Assembly (NCBI GenBank): GCA_024635865.1
Contig: JAGXIB010000086.1
Span: forward strand, 1-46,435
Length of the DNA stretch: 46,435 nucleotides
Direction: 5' to 3'
From: Flavobacteriales bacterium
GTDB lineage: Bacteria > Bacteroidota > Bacteroidia > Flavobacteriales_D > Parvicellaceae
Below the pieces are notes generated by a model. It did not search any database. It saw nothing but the letters and a program-made list of their open reading frames with translations, and was not told the origin of the DNA. Of the stretch, positions 8,723 to 18,114 are shown piece after piece. The position numbers and the translations under genes were made by a program. Each line of letters opens with the position of its first letter. Position 1 is the first letter of the stretch.

Positions 8723-9466
8723 ATGAAACTTGGATTAATTGGTCAACCATTAAAACATTCGTTTTCAAAACAATATTTTAATGACAAATTTGAGCAGGAA
8801 GAAATTATAGGTTACTCCTACGAAAACTTCGAACTCAAAAATATCGAAGAAATTAAAACCCTAGTCATAGAGCAAAAGTTAAACGGGTTTAATGTTACCA
8901 TTCCATACAAACAGTCTATCATTCCCTATTTAGACAAACTAGACGAAACAGCGCAAGAGATTGGGGCAGTCAACACTGTAAAAGTCATTTGGTCAGGAAA
9001 CGAATATCAACTTATTGGTTACAATACCGACGCTTTTGGATTTCATCAATTAATAAAGCCTTACTTTAAATCCAGGCATGAGCGTATCTTGATTTTAGGA
9101 ACTGGTGGAGCTTCTAAAGCGGTTGCTCACTTATTACAAAAGCAATATGGAGCTTCTGTTTTATACGCCTCTAGAAAACCTACAAAAGGAAATATTATTA
9201 ATTGGGAAGACGTTAATGATAATGTTATTCATTTTCATAAAATGATAGTAAACACAACTCCTTTAGGGACTTTCCCTAACATAGAAGAAACACCAAATAT
9301 TCCTTTGGCTAAAGTAACCAACGAACATTTATTTGTTGATTTAGTCTACAATCCACAGGAAACAAAATTCTTAAAAAATGGTAAAGAAAATGGTGCAGTA
9401 ATTTTAAATGGTTTAACCATGCTGCATCAACAAGCTGAAATGGCTTGGAGAATATGGCATGCTTAA
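8723..9466 (+). CDS. aroE: Shikimate dehydrogenase
   Basis: GLIGQPLKHSFS, FNVTIPYK, GAVNT and LGTGGASKAV. Confidence 0.9.
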   Translation: MKLGLIGQPLKHSFSKQYFNDKFEQEEIIGYSYENFELKNIEEIKTLVIEQKLNGFNVTIPYKQSIIPYLDKLDETAQEIGAVNTVKVIWSGNEYQLIGYNTDAFGFHQLIKPYFKSRHERILILGTGGASKAVAHLLQKQYGASVLYASRKPTKGNIINWEDVNDNVIHFHKMIVNTTPLGTFPNIEETPNIPLAKVTNEHLFVDLVYNPQETKFLKNGKENGAVILNGLTMLHQQAEMAWRIWHA

Positions 9467-10395
9467 TTAAGCCTTGCTCTTCTCTCAAATTCTGCAAGAA
9501 TCAATTCAAAAGTTGGAATTTTAACTTCTAGTTGCGTCCCTAAATCAACAATGTATTTAGTTAACGATTTGTATTTTGTTTTTTTATTTTGTTGATAATC
9601 ACGCTGCATAGAAGTTGTCGTCTCATAAGGTAAAGACTCCATTTTAAGTACGGTATCTTCTATTATCGATTCGGAAAGCATAATAGAATTTGCATCAGCA
9701 ACAGACTTAAATTCATTTAGTAACTGAATCAGTAAGTTTTCGTACTTTTTATTTTCAAATATTTGTCCAGTTGTACATTCTAAATAACTCGTCAAGCTTG
9801 CCAAGCTAGAAATAAACAAATACTTTCCCCAAACAAATTCTAAAATATTTGGCGCATACTTAGCATTAATACCTGCTACTAAAAATAGCTGATGTAATTT
9901 ACTTAATCGTTTATCTTCTGTCTCAGAACCAAAATACAAAACTCCTTCACCTGCTACTCTTTTAACCACTCCTCTCTCAACTATCTTAGATATTATAAAG
10001 ACACAACCATCTAACACCAAATTATTTGGAAAAAAACCTTCTACTTTTCCTTTAGCATCTACTCCATTTAATAATGGTAAAATTATAGTATCATTATTAA
10101 TTACAGCGCTATAATTGGTTATTGACTCTTCTAAATCATAACTCTTAACTGTAATAATTAGAACATCTAAGATTCCTATCGAATTAGCATTACTTGTTAC
10201 TAAATCAGGAAATACTATTTGTTCAGTTTCAGGTGTAATTAACTTCAGACCTTTTTCTTTTATTACTTTTTCAGTTTCAGGTCTAGTAATAAAAATAATT
10301 TCAACGCTCTCAGAACCTATGTATTTTGAGGCTAATAAACCACCAAAATAACCTCCAACTCCACCTATTCCTAAAATTCCGATTCTAGTTTTCAT
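9463..10395 (-). CDS. panE: 2-dehydropantoate 2-reductase (ApbA/PanE family)
   Basis: N-terminal Rossmann ILGIGGVGGYFGG. Length and the C-terminal ..TSMQRD.. match the ketopantoate reductase family. Confidence 0.75.
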   Translation of the reverse strand: MKTRIGILGIGGVGGYFGGLLASKYIGSESVEIIFITRPETEKVIKEKGLKLITPETEQIVFPDLVTSNANSIGILDVLIITVKSYDLEESITNYSAVINNDTIILPLLNGVDAKGKVEGFFPNNLVLDGCVFIISKIVERGVVKRVAGEGVLYFGSETEDKRLSKLHQLFLVAGINAKYAPNILEFVWGKYLFISSLASLTSYLECTTGQIFENKKYENLLIQLLNEFKSVADANSIMLSESIIEDTVLKMESLPYETTTSMQRDYQQNKKTKYKSLTKYIVDLGTQLEVKIPTFELILAEFERRARLN

Positions 10396-11320
10396 TAGAA
10401 AAAAAATATTTTACACTCTCTGTAGCTTTATTATTTGAAAACCTGTACTCAGTAACAAACTTTTTATCGTAGCTATATTTTCGTTGAAAAATCAAAACCT
10501 CGTTCCCTTTAAATAGTTCTTTACATTTTAAAACATTACCATATTTATCTAAAGAATATTTTTTTATAGATTCATTTTTATTAAAATCATAATACTTAAT
10601 TTCTATAAATTCAGTATTATAATTTATAACTCTTCTTTTTATAACCTCTTTAGTTGTAAGAAAATCATAATCAACTAATTCGTTTCCCTCTAGACCATAT
10701 AAATCTGTACCTGAAAGGTCATAAATTAATTTGTTCGTATTAATAATTCGATTTAAACTATCATAGCCAAAAACTTCCTTAAAAACAATAGAGTCATCAT
10801 AAGCATATACCTGATATTTTATTAATTGATTTAATGAGTTGTACATCTTGCTCCATACTTTTTCACAATCATTATCAACACAAGCTATTAAAAGCGTATC
10901 CATACCTAACTCATTAATATAAGTTTCATGATATGAATCTATTTCATAACATTCATATTTTCTTTTAATTATTTTTTTATTACTATCATAAACATTTCTA
11001 ACCCATTCTGATAGCTTATAATCTCTATATAAGTCATATTCAAAATCACTTTTATATACAGTTTTCTCAATATATCTATAAGTTCTAACAAGTTTATCAG
11101 AATTGATTAATCTTCTTTCATTGTCATAACTAAATGAGTATACAATATATGGTGATATACTATCAACTTTGAACTCTTCTAATTTCCTAAATTCTACTCT
11201 TAATAGTTTTCCTAATCCATTAATATCTTCTATTGTAGACTCAACCTTTTTAGGATAGTATTCTTGAGAAAAGAAACCTAAACAAACAATAAGAAAAATA
11301 AAAACTGTAGTTATTTTCAT
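10385..11320 (-). CDS. Secreted protein with degenerate YD/RHS-like repeats
   Basis: Signal peptide MKITTVFIFLIVCLGFFSQ. It has recurring Y-D blocks: SFSYDNERRLINS, VFGYDSLNRIINT, YSLDKYGNVLKC, KYSYDKKFVTEY. Confidence 0.5.
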   Translation of the reverse strand: MKITTVFIFLIVCLGFFSQEYYPKKVESTIEDINGLGKLLRVEFRKLEEFKVDSISPYIVYSFSYDNERRLINSDKLVRTYRYIEKTVYKSDFEYDLYRDYKLSEWVRNVYDSNKKIIKRKYECYEIDSYHETYINELGMDTLLIACVDNDCEKVWSKMYNSLNQLIKYQVYAYDDSIVFKEVFGYDSLNRIINTNKLIYDLSGTDLYGLEGNELVDYDFLTTKEVIKRRVINYNTEFIEIKYYDFNKNESIKKYSLDKYGNVLKCKELFKGNEVLIFQRKYSYDKKFVTEYRFSNNKATESVKYFFSNEN

Positions 11321-11643
11321 TAAATAGCAGCAATTACCCCTTCTAGATTAATGAAAATCTTATAAAAAATAAAACTTAACACTAACATAATAGCAATCAG
11401 TCTTATGGAAGACCATTTTTGAGCATTTGCTGTTTGGCGGTGAGCATGATTTCGTTCATAACTCATTCTCATATTTAGAGCCTCATCAGAAACAGATTTC
11501 TTTTCTAATTCTAGCTCCTTTGCTATTCTAGCTTTACGATCTTCCATTCGCTCTTTATCTGCATCATAATACATGGGCATATAATCAAATTGCCTAGCAT
11601 TATTTAATTTAAAGAACTTAGATTTTAGAATTGGAGATTTCAT
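11320..11643 (-). CDS. Small conserved C-terminally anchored membrane protein
   Basis: The FDYMPMYYDADKE motif and a single C-terminal TM (IRLIAIMLVLSFIFYKIF) resemble a small protein family common in Flavobacteriia. Its stop overlaps the next start by 1 nt. Confidence 0.55.
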   Translation of the reverse strand: MKSPILKSKFFKLNNARQFDYMPMYYDADKERMEDRKARIAKELELEKKSVSDEALNMRMSYERNHAHRQTANAQKWSSIRLIAIMLVLSFIFYKIFINLEGVIAAI

Positions 11644-11800
11644 AGCTGTAATAATTTAAGTTACTAGCAAATATAATCAATTATCTAGGAAACTAAAAGA
11701 GCCATTAAACAAACGGTTCATATCCTCTATTTTAAGGAGATTTAACTCCAAGTTTAAAAGCTATTAAATTATCAAATAGAAATTGTATCTTTGTTACTTT

Positions 11801-12139
11801 ATGGCAACAATCAGACAAGAAAAAATAGCAGAATTAATACAACAAGAATTAAGTATTATTTTTCAAAAGGAAGCAAGAAACATTTGTTTAGGGGCGATGG
11901 TAAGTACTACTATAGTTAGAGTAGCTCCAGATTTATCGACTGCTAAAGTCTATTTAAGCATCTTTGGAAATAAAAACAAAGAAGCTGTATTACAAAGCAT
12001 TAAAGACAATAAATCTAAAGTAAAACATGCATTAAGTCAAGTTATAAAAATGCAGTTAAGAAAAACTCCTGATTTAAGTTTCTACTTAGATGACTCCTTA
12101 GATTACGCTATGGAAATCGAGAGTTTATTAAAAAAATAA
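11801..12139 (+). CDS. rbfA: Ribosome-binding factor A
   Basis: MATIRQEKIAELIQQELS..., VRVAPDLSTAKVY and LRKTPDLSFYLD. ATG at 11801 is preferred over the TTG at 11783 used by the track. Confidence 0.88.
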   Translation: MATIRQEKIAELIQQELSIIFQKEARNICLGAMVSTTIVRVAPDLSTAKVYLSIFGNKNKEAVLQSIKDNKSKVKHALSQVIKMQLRKTPDLSFYLDDSLDYAMEIESLLKK

Positions 12140-12142
12140 GTC

Positions 12143-12913
12143 ATGAAAAAGATTTTCAAGTTTGCTCTAAACACTATTCCTAGACCTTTATTAATTCGTT
12201 TGAGTTATGTTTTTAAGATCTTTGCCCCTGTAGTTTTAAAAGGAGATAATGTAGAATGTCCCGTTTGTGAAAAGAGTTTCAAAAAGTTCTTGCCTTATGG
12301 CTATAATGATCACCAAAGAGAAAATGTACTATGCCCATATGATCTAACACTGGAGAGACATCGTTTAATGTGGGTTTACCTTAAAACAAAATCTAACTTT
12401 TTCACCGACGATCTAAAAGTGATGCATATAGCACCTGAACAGTGTTTTTATAAAACATTTAGAAAACAAAAAAATATTGACTATACAACAGGAGACTTAG
12501 AGTCTCCATTAGCAGATCTCCATTTTGATTTACATAAAATACCTCTTGAAGATAATCAATATGACGTGATTTTTTGTAATCATGTAATGGAACATGTTGA
12601 GAATGATTTACAGTGTCTGAAAGAATTGTTGCGCATCATGAAACCAGGAGGTTGGGGTGTTTTCCAAGTTCCAATTGATACGACAAGAGATACAACATAC
12701 GAAGATGCTTCAATTACTGATCCTAAAGAAAGAGAGAAGCACTTTTGGCAATACGACCATGTTCGCCTATATGGGACTAATTATCCTGATGTTCTGCGTT
12801 CTGCTGGTTTTGAAGTAGAAGAATACGACTATAGAAAAGAGCTTGATGAAGAAACGTATAACAGATATCGTTTTCATGAAGGAGAAATGTTATATATTGT
12901 CCGTAAAAAATAA
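12143..12913 (+). CDS. Class I SAM-dependent methyltransferase with N-terminal Cys pair
   Basis: VIFCNHVMEHVENDLQCLKELLRIMKPGGWGVFQVP is the Methyltransf_11-type C-terminal half. There is an upstream CPVCEKSF motif. Confidence 0.7.
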   Translation: MKKIFKFALNTIPRPLLIRLSYVFKIFAPVVLKGDNVECPVCEKSFKKFLPYGYNDHQRENVLCPYDLTLERHRLMWVYLKTKSNFFTDDLKVMHIAPEQCFYKTFRKQKNIDYTTGDLESPLADLHFDLHKIPLEDNQYDVIFCNHVMEHVENDLQCLKELLRIMKPGGWGVFQVPIDTTRDTTYEDASITDPKEREKHFWQYDHVRLYGTNYPDVLRSAGFEVEEYDYRKELDEETYNRYRFHEGEMLYIVRKK

Positions 12914-13338
12914 TGAAAGAACAGGTTTTCAATATTAAAAATATTGATGCGCTAGAGCAAGTTTCTATAGCAATTAAAAACCTTTGTAATACACAAAAAA
13001 TATTTATTGTCGACGGAGAAATGGGAGCTGGAAAAACAACACTAATTTCTAATACCTGCCAATTACTTAACATACAAGACAAACCATCCAGTCCAACTTA
13101 TAGCATTTTAAACACTTACTTTTCTAAAGAATTTGGAGAAATAAATCATTTTGATTTTTATCGACTAAAAGATGAAAACGAAGCCATAGAAAGCGGTTTA
13201 GACGAACCTCTTTATAATGGCAGCATCTGTTTTGTTGAATGGGCTGAAAAAATCGAGAACCTTTTACCCGAAATTTACGTAAAGGTTGCAATAGAAACCT
13301 TACCGAACAATCATAGACTAATAACCATTACATCATGA
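12913..13338 (+). CDS. tsaE: tRNA threonylcarbamoyladenosine biosynthesis ATPase TsaE
   Basis: P-loop GEMGAGKTTL, SPTYSI, HFDFYRL and EWAE. TAATG overlap with the upstream gene. Confidence 0.88.
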   Translation: MKEQVFNIKNIDALEQVSIAIKNLCNTQKIFIVDGEMGAGKTTLISNTCQLLNIQDKPSSPTYSILNTYFSKEFGEINHFDFYRLKDENEAIESGLDEPLYNGSICFVEWAEKIENLLPEIYVKVAIETLPNNHRLITITS

Positions 13339-14555
13339 TAACATCTGGAGATGCATTAAAATCGTTAGCTAGAGAAGCTGCCCTTTTGCCACAAGAAGAA
13401 ATGCTTGAAATAGGCAAAAAAAAGCAAAGCCTTTTTATAGGAATCCCTAGAGAAACTGAATTTCAAGAACATAGAGTTGCTCTAGTTCCAGAAGCTGTTT
13501 CGTTAATTGTGAATAACGGTCATCGAGTTTTAATAGAAAGTAACGCAGGTAAACATGCTAACTTTTCGGATAGAGACTATAGCGAGGCAGGGGCAGAAAT
13601 TGCTTACTCGACTCAACAAGTTTACGAAGCTGATATCATATTAAAGATTACTCCTCCTTCTCTAGTAGAGATAGAGATGATGAAGCATAAACAAACCTTA
13701 TTTTCTGCATTACAGTTAACCGTACAACCTGCTAATATTTTACGTAAGTTAATGGAAAAGAAAATTACTGCCATTGCTTGGGATTATGTAAAAGACGAGG
13801 AGGATATATTCCCAATTATTCGTTCTATGGGAGAAATTGCCGGAACTACCTCTATTCTAATCGCTGGGGAATTACTGAGTAATATAAATGAAGGTAAAGG
13901 TCTAATGTTGGGTGGTGTTGCAGGAATAACACCTACTGAAGTTGTCATTATTGGAGCAGGAACAGTTGGTCAATTTGCTGCAAGAAGTGCATTAGCATTA
14001 GGTGCTTCTGTAAAAGTATTTGATAGTTCTGTTTATCGTTTAAGAAGACTTCAAAGAGATTTAGGTCAAAGTGTGTTTACTTCAGTTATACAACCAAAAG
14101 TACTATCAAAAGCATTAATGAGAGCAGATGTTGCCATTGGGGCAATGAGAGCATCTTATGGAAGAACCCCTTGTGTTGTTTCTGAAGAAATGGTGGAAGA
14201 GATGAAACAAGGATCTGTAATTATTGATATAAGTATCGACCAAGGAGGGTGCTTTGAAACCTCTAAAGTCACCACTCATGAGAAGCCTACTTTTACAGTA
14301 CATGGAATCACGCATTATTGTGTGCCAAATGTTGCCTCTCGGGTTTCTAGAACTGCTTCTTATGCATTGAGTAATATTTTTGCACCATTAGTATTAAACA
14401 TTGCTGATGGCGGAGGTTGCGAAAAATTAATTCGAATGAATAAAGGGTTTCGACATGGGGTATATATTTATAATGGGACGCTGACTTCTTCTTATTTAGG
14501 AGAAACATTTACCCTCCCTTATAAAGATTTAGACTTATTAATAAGTGCTTTTTAA
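13335..14555 (+). CDS. ald: Alanine dehydrogenase / PNT-family NAD-binding dehydrogenase
   Basis: IGIPRETEFQEHRVALVPE and the Rossmann motif VVIIGAGTVGQFAA. ATGA overlap with tsaE. The exact substrate is not certain. Confidence 0.7.
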   Translation: MITSGDALKSLAREAALLPQEEMLEIGKKKQSLFIGIPRETEFQEHRVALVPEAVSLIVNNGHRVLIESNAGKHANFSDRDYSEAGAEIAYSTQQVYEADIILKITPPSLVEIEMMKHKQTLFSALQLTVQPANILRKLMEKKITAIAWDYVKDEEDIFPIIRSMGEIAGTTSILIAGELLSNINEGKGLMLGGVAGITPTEVVIIGAGTVGQFAARSALALGASVKVFDSSVYRLRRLQRDLGQSVFTSVIQPKVLSKALMRADVAIGAMRASYGRTPCVVSEEMVEEMKQGSVIIDISIDQGGCFETSKVTTHEKPTFTVHGITHYCVPNVASRVSRTASYALSNIFAPLVLNIADGGGCEKLIRMNKGFRHGVYIYNGTLTSSYLGETFTLPYKDLDLLISAF

Positions 14556-14564
14556 GACCTCTAA

Positions 14565-15062
14565 TTATTTCAAAACAATCTTACACATGATTTCTTGAGG
14601 GAAGAAATAATCTAATCCTTTTTTAAATCCTATGATTTCTGCTTCAATCGGTAGAAGCTCTAAAAGTAAAAATTTACTGCTAACGAGTTCAATTTGTTTC
14701 TTAGTGTCTCTACATTCAACTGTAACGGTATAGTCTTTTTGAGATTTAAATATATTGAATTTTCTTCCATGTTTTAAAACCTTTGCAGAAACAAGTTCTC
14801 CGTTTATAAACAACTGTTTTCTTAACTGAATCTTAGATACTGCATTTCTAGATACAATAAAGCCAAAAACACCTATTAACAACAAAAATAACCCAGGGTA
14901 AAATAGTTGAAAAGCAAAAGAAGACAATAAAAACAAAGCAGCCCCTCCTATTGTTAAAAATAAGCCAAAAAACAGATTAAGCTCTAATCCTTTCTTAAAA
15001 TTAGGACGATCATTACTTAAAGACCTAGGAACAGCTTTTTCTATTGTAATTTCTTTTACCAT
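14565..15062 (-). CDS. Hypothetical membrane protein (two TM helices, DUF3592-like C-terminal part)
   Basis: Two hydrophobic helices (LFFGLFLTIGGAALFLLSSFAF and GLFLLLIGVFGFIV) followed by a soluble beta-rich tail. Confidence 0.5.
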   Translation of the reverse strand: MVKEITIEKAVPRSLSNDRPNFKKGLELNLFFGLFLTIGGAALFLLSSFAFQLFYPGLFLLLIGVFGFIVSRNAVSKIQLRKQLFINGELVSAKVLKHGRKFNIFKSQKDYTVTVECRDTKKQIELVSSKFLLLELLPIEAEIIGFKKGLDYFFPQEIMCKIVLK

Positions 15063-15147
15063 GTTAATTCATTATCTTAATACAAAATTAAGTGAATAAA
15101 CATTAGCATCAATATTTTTGTTTAATTTTATATTTAGATCTTATTTT

Positions 15148-15525
15148 ATGAAAAAAGTAATCAATTACAAAAACGCCCCTGCTCCAATTGGACCATATAG
15201 TCAAGCTATTTTAAAAAATGGCACTTTATATGCCAGTGGACAAATCGCTATCAACCCATCAACAAACGAACTTGTTTTAGATTCTATTGAAATGGAGACA
15301 GAACAAGTAATGGAAAATGTAAAAAGTGTTCTAGAAGCAGCTGACATGAACTTCTCCAACCTAGTTAAATGCTCTATTTTCTTAAGTGATATGGCAAACT
15401 TTGATGCTGTAAATAAAGTTTATGCTGCTTATTTTACTGATTTGCCTCCTGCAAGAGAAACAGTAGCAGTTTTAGGATTACCTAAGAATGTTAATGTCGA
15501 AATTAGTTTTATTGCGGTGGTATAA
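15148..15525 (+). CDS. ridA: RidA/YjgF-family reactive intermediate deaminase
   Basis: APAPIGPYSQAI, SGQIA and PARETVAVLGLP. ATG at 15148 (MKKVINYK) is preferred over the longer track ORF. Confidence 0.9.
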   Translation: MKKVINYKNAPAPIGPYSQAILKNGTLYASGQIAINPSTNELVLDSIEMETEQVMENVKSVLEAADMNFSNLVKCSIFLSDMANFDAVNKVYAAYFTDLPPARETVAVLGLPKNVNVEISFIAVV

Positions 15526-15531
15526 CTCCTG

Positions 15532-17424
15532 TTATTTTACTTTATCTAACTGACTATACTCTGAATTATTACTTACAAATTCAGGCACTAATTGCTTCAT
15601 TTGTTTTACAATAGAATAGTTTTCTTGTTTGTCATAGTCCTTTATTAACTCAGAAATTTGATTAGAGACAGTTTCAAAGTCATACTCTTTAACCTTTCCA
15701 ATCATAATCTTCTTATGATGAGTAGGCAATGTTGTTTCTTCCTGATTCAATAACTCTTCATATAGCTTTTCGCCAGGTCTAAGTCCTGTTATTTTAATTT
15801 GAATATCTACGCCCTCTTTTAAGCCAGAAAGTTGAATCATTTTCTTAGCTAAATCAATGATCTTAACACTTTCTCCCATATCAAAAACAAAAACTTCTCC
15901 TCCCTTCCCCATACTTCCAGCTTCTAAAACCAACTGACAAGCTTCAGGAATAGTCATGAAATAACGAGTAACTTTTTCATCAGTAACTGTTAAAGGGCCT
16001 CCATTTTCGAGCTGTTTTTTAAATAAAGGAATCACACTTCCGTTACTTCCTAGTACATTCCCAAAACGCGTCGTAATGTATTGTGTCTTGGAATGTTTAT
16101 TTAGCGCTTGTATATAAATCTCGGCGATACGCTTAGAAGCCCCCATAATATTAGTAGGATTGACTGCTTTATCAGTAGAAATCATTACAAAAGTAGCAAC
16201 ATTAAACTCATTAGCCATGTCAGCTAAGACTTTACTACCATTCACATTAACTTTAATCGCTTCAGAAGGGTTATTTTCCATAAGCGGAACATGCTTATAA
16301 GCTGCAGCATGAAAAACTACTTGAGGACGATAGGTTTTAAAAGTATTACGCATTCTAACCTCACTGGAAACATCAGCTATAACTATCGTTTTTTCGATGT
16401 TATGTTTACGATCTTTTAATTCTATTTCTAAATCATAAATAGGACTTTCAGCTTGGTCGAGTAAAATTAATTGTTTGGGATTAAACGTTAACAATTGTCG
16501 AGCCATTTCACTTCCAATAGAACCTGCAGCTCCAGTAATTAGGACCACTTTACCGCTTACCTGAGCTTCTATGTTTTCAGTACTTAACGCTATCTCTTCT
16601 CTTCCCAATAAATCTTCAATTTTTACTTTCTTAATCTGTCCTGAGGAAAACTGTCCATTTATCCAGTTCTCAATGGGAGGAACAGATAATACTTCTATAT
16701 CTAATTCCAAGCAAGTGTCTATCAATTTTCTAGAATTAGAAGCATTCGGATGTTTTATTGCAATAATAACAATATCAATTTTATTCTTTTCAGCCCATTT
16801 CTCAATATTCTTTCTAGACTTTATGGGAGTCCTTTCTAATAATTTACCCTTTAACTTTGGATTTTCATCAATGAAACCAATCACATTATAGATAATATTG
16901 GTGTCTCGCTCTAAAGTACGCTTGGTAATTAGCCCCATCTCTCCAGCTCCATAAATAATGACATTCTTAGTGGCTCCTCTCGACTTTTGAACTTCTATGT
17001 AGAGTAACTTCACTATAACTCTAGAGGTGATTAATAAAAAAATAGTTGCTAAATAGTCAACAAAAATAATGGATAAAGGCAAGAAGTAAGTTTGATCAAA
17101 ATAATAGTATCGAATAGGAACTAAACCAAATAAAACAAGGCTACCAATCGTAACTACTAAAAAAATACGTTTAGCATCTTGAGTACTTGTATACCGTATT
17201 ATACCTGCATAAGTTTTCCCTATAATAAATGACAAGGCTTTTACCAAGATATAAACTGGTAAAGCAAACCTTAAAATCATCCATTCTTTTTCTAATGATG
17301 CTGCATCAATGTTAACAAAATCAAAACGAATAAGGTAAGCGATTGCAAGAGCAGTCAGACTTAAGAAAATATCTATCAAAAAGATAATCCAACGTGGCGT
17401 GTGTGTTTTTGGTATGATGTTCAT
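15532..17424 (-). CDS. Membrane-bound polysaccharide biosynthesis NDP-sugar 4,6-dehydratase/epimerase (CapD/WbpM/PglF family)
   Basis: Four N-terminal TM helices, then VLITGAAGSIGSE, FHAAAYKHVPLME and STDKAVNPTNIMGASKR. Confidence 0.88.
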   Translation of the reverse strand: MNIIPKTHTPRWIIFLIDIFLSLTALAIAYLIRFDFVNIDAASLEKEWMILRFALPVYILVKALSFIIGKTYAGIIRYTSTQDAKRIFLVVTIGSLVLFGLVPIRYYYFDQTYFLPLSIIFVDYLATIFLLITSRVIVKLLYIEVQKSRGATKNVIIYGAGEMGLITKRTLERDTNIIYNVIGFIDENPKLKGKLLERTPIKSRKNIEKWAEKNKIDIVIIAIKHPNASNSRKLIDTCLELDIEVLSVPPIENWINGQFSSGQIKKVKIEDLLGREEIALSTENIEAQVSGKVVLITGAAGSIGSEMARQLLTFNPKQLILLDQAESPIYDLEIELKDRKHNIEKTIVIADVSSEVRMRNTFKTYRPQVVFHAAAYKHVPLMENNPSEAIKVNVNGSKVLADMANEFNVATFVMISTDKAVNPTNIMGASKRIAEIYIQALNKHSKTQYITTRFGNVLGSNGSVIPLFKKQLENGGPLTVTDEKVTRYFMTIPEACQLVLEAGSMGKGGEVFVFDMGESVKIIDLAKKMIQLSGLKEGVDIQIKITGLRPGEKLYEELLNQEETTLPTHHKKIMIGKVKEYDFETVSNQISELIKDYDKQENYSIVKQMKQLVPEFVSNNSEYSQLDKVK

Positions 17425-17449
17425 TTATGCCAAAGTTAGCTTTATGGAA

Positions 17450-18016
17450 CTATATCTTATAAAAATTCTCAATTATTTTTAATCCTTCAGTAGTCAAAAT
17501 AGATTCAGGATGAAACTGAACACCATAAATCGGGAGTGTTTTATGTCTTAATCCCATAATTACTTCTCCATCTGTCATGCTTGTTATCGTAATCTCTTTG
17601 GAAATTTTTTTTTCATCCAACACCCAAGAATGATAACGACCGACGAGTGTTTCGTTAGGAATGTTTCTATAAATCAAATCTTTTTCTACGAAGTTAAGCT
17701 TAGTTGCAACGCCATGCTTTACTTCATCTAACAGTCTTAGAGAACACCCAAAAAACTCTCCTATGGCCTGATGCCCTAGACAAACTCCAAGTATCTTTTT
17801 AGTTTGATGATACCTTTCAATTACTTTTAACAATAAACCAGCATCAGAGGGTAAACCAGGACCAGGAGATAAAACAATTACATCAAATTGATCAATAAAA
17901 CCTAATTCAAACGCATCATTCCTTACAACAAGAGGTTCTACTCCGGTAGCAAGATGAATATACCTCACTAAATTATAGGTAAAAGAATCGTAATTGTCGA
18001 TTACTATTGTTTTCAA
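17450..18016 (-). CDS. pabA: Glutamine amidotransferase component of anthranilate/aminodeoxychorismate synthase
   Basis: IDNYDSFTYNL, GVCLGHQAI and GVQFHPES. The start codon is TTG; the only in-frame upstream codons before a TAA are CTT ATT. Confidence 0.88.
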   Translation of the reverse strand: MKTIVIDNYDSFTYNLVRYIHLATGVEPLVVRNDAFELGFIDQFDVIVLSPGPGLPSDAGLLLKVIERYHQTKKILGVCLGHQAIGEFFGCSLRLLDEVKHGVATKLNFVEKDLIYRNIPNETLVGRYHSWVLDEKKISKEITITSMTDGEVIMGLRHKTLPIYGVQFHPESILTTEGLKIIENFYKI

Positions 18017-18114
18017 AATAAGTTAAGATTAGACCAGCAAAAATAAAGAATAATCTGAATTTGTTCTCTTCAATTTGTATTATCTTTGATATTCAAACTA
18101 TATAAAAAACAATA

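Noticed and set aside
18017-18114. A possible TPP (thiamine pyrophosphate) riboswitch upstream of thiH.
   Set aside because: The 98-nt spacer is very AT-rich and lacks the conserved TPP aptamer elements (the ctgaga bulge and the pyrophosphate-helix sequences) as far as I can see. A covariance-model scan would be needed to be certain.
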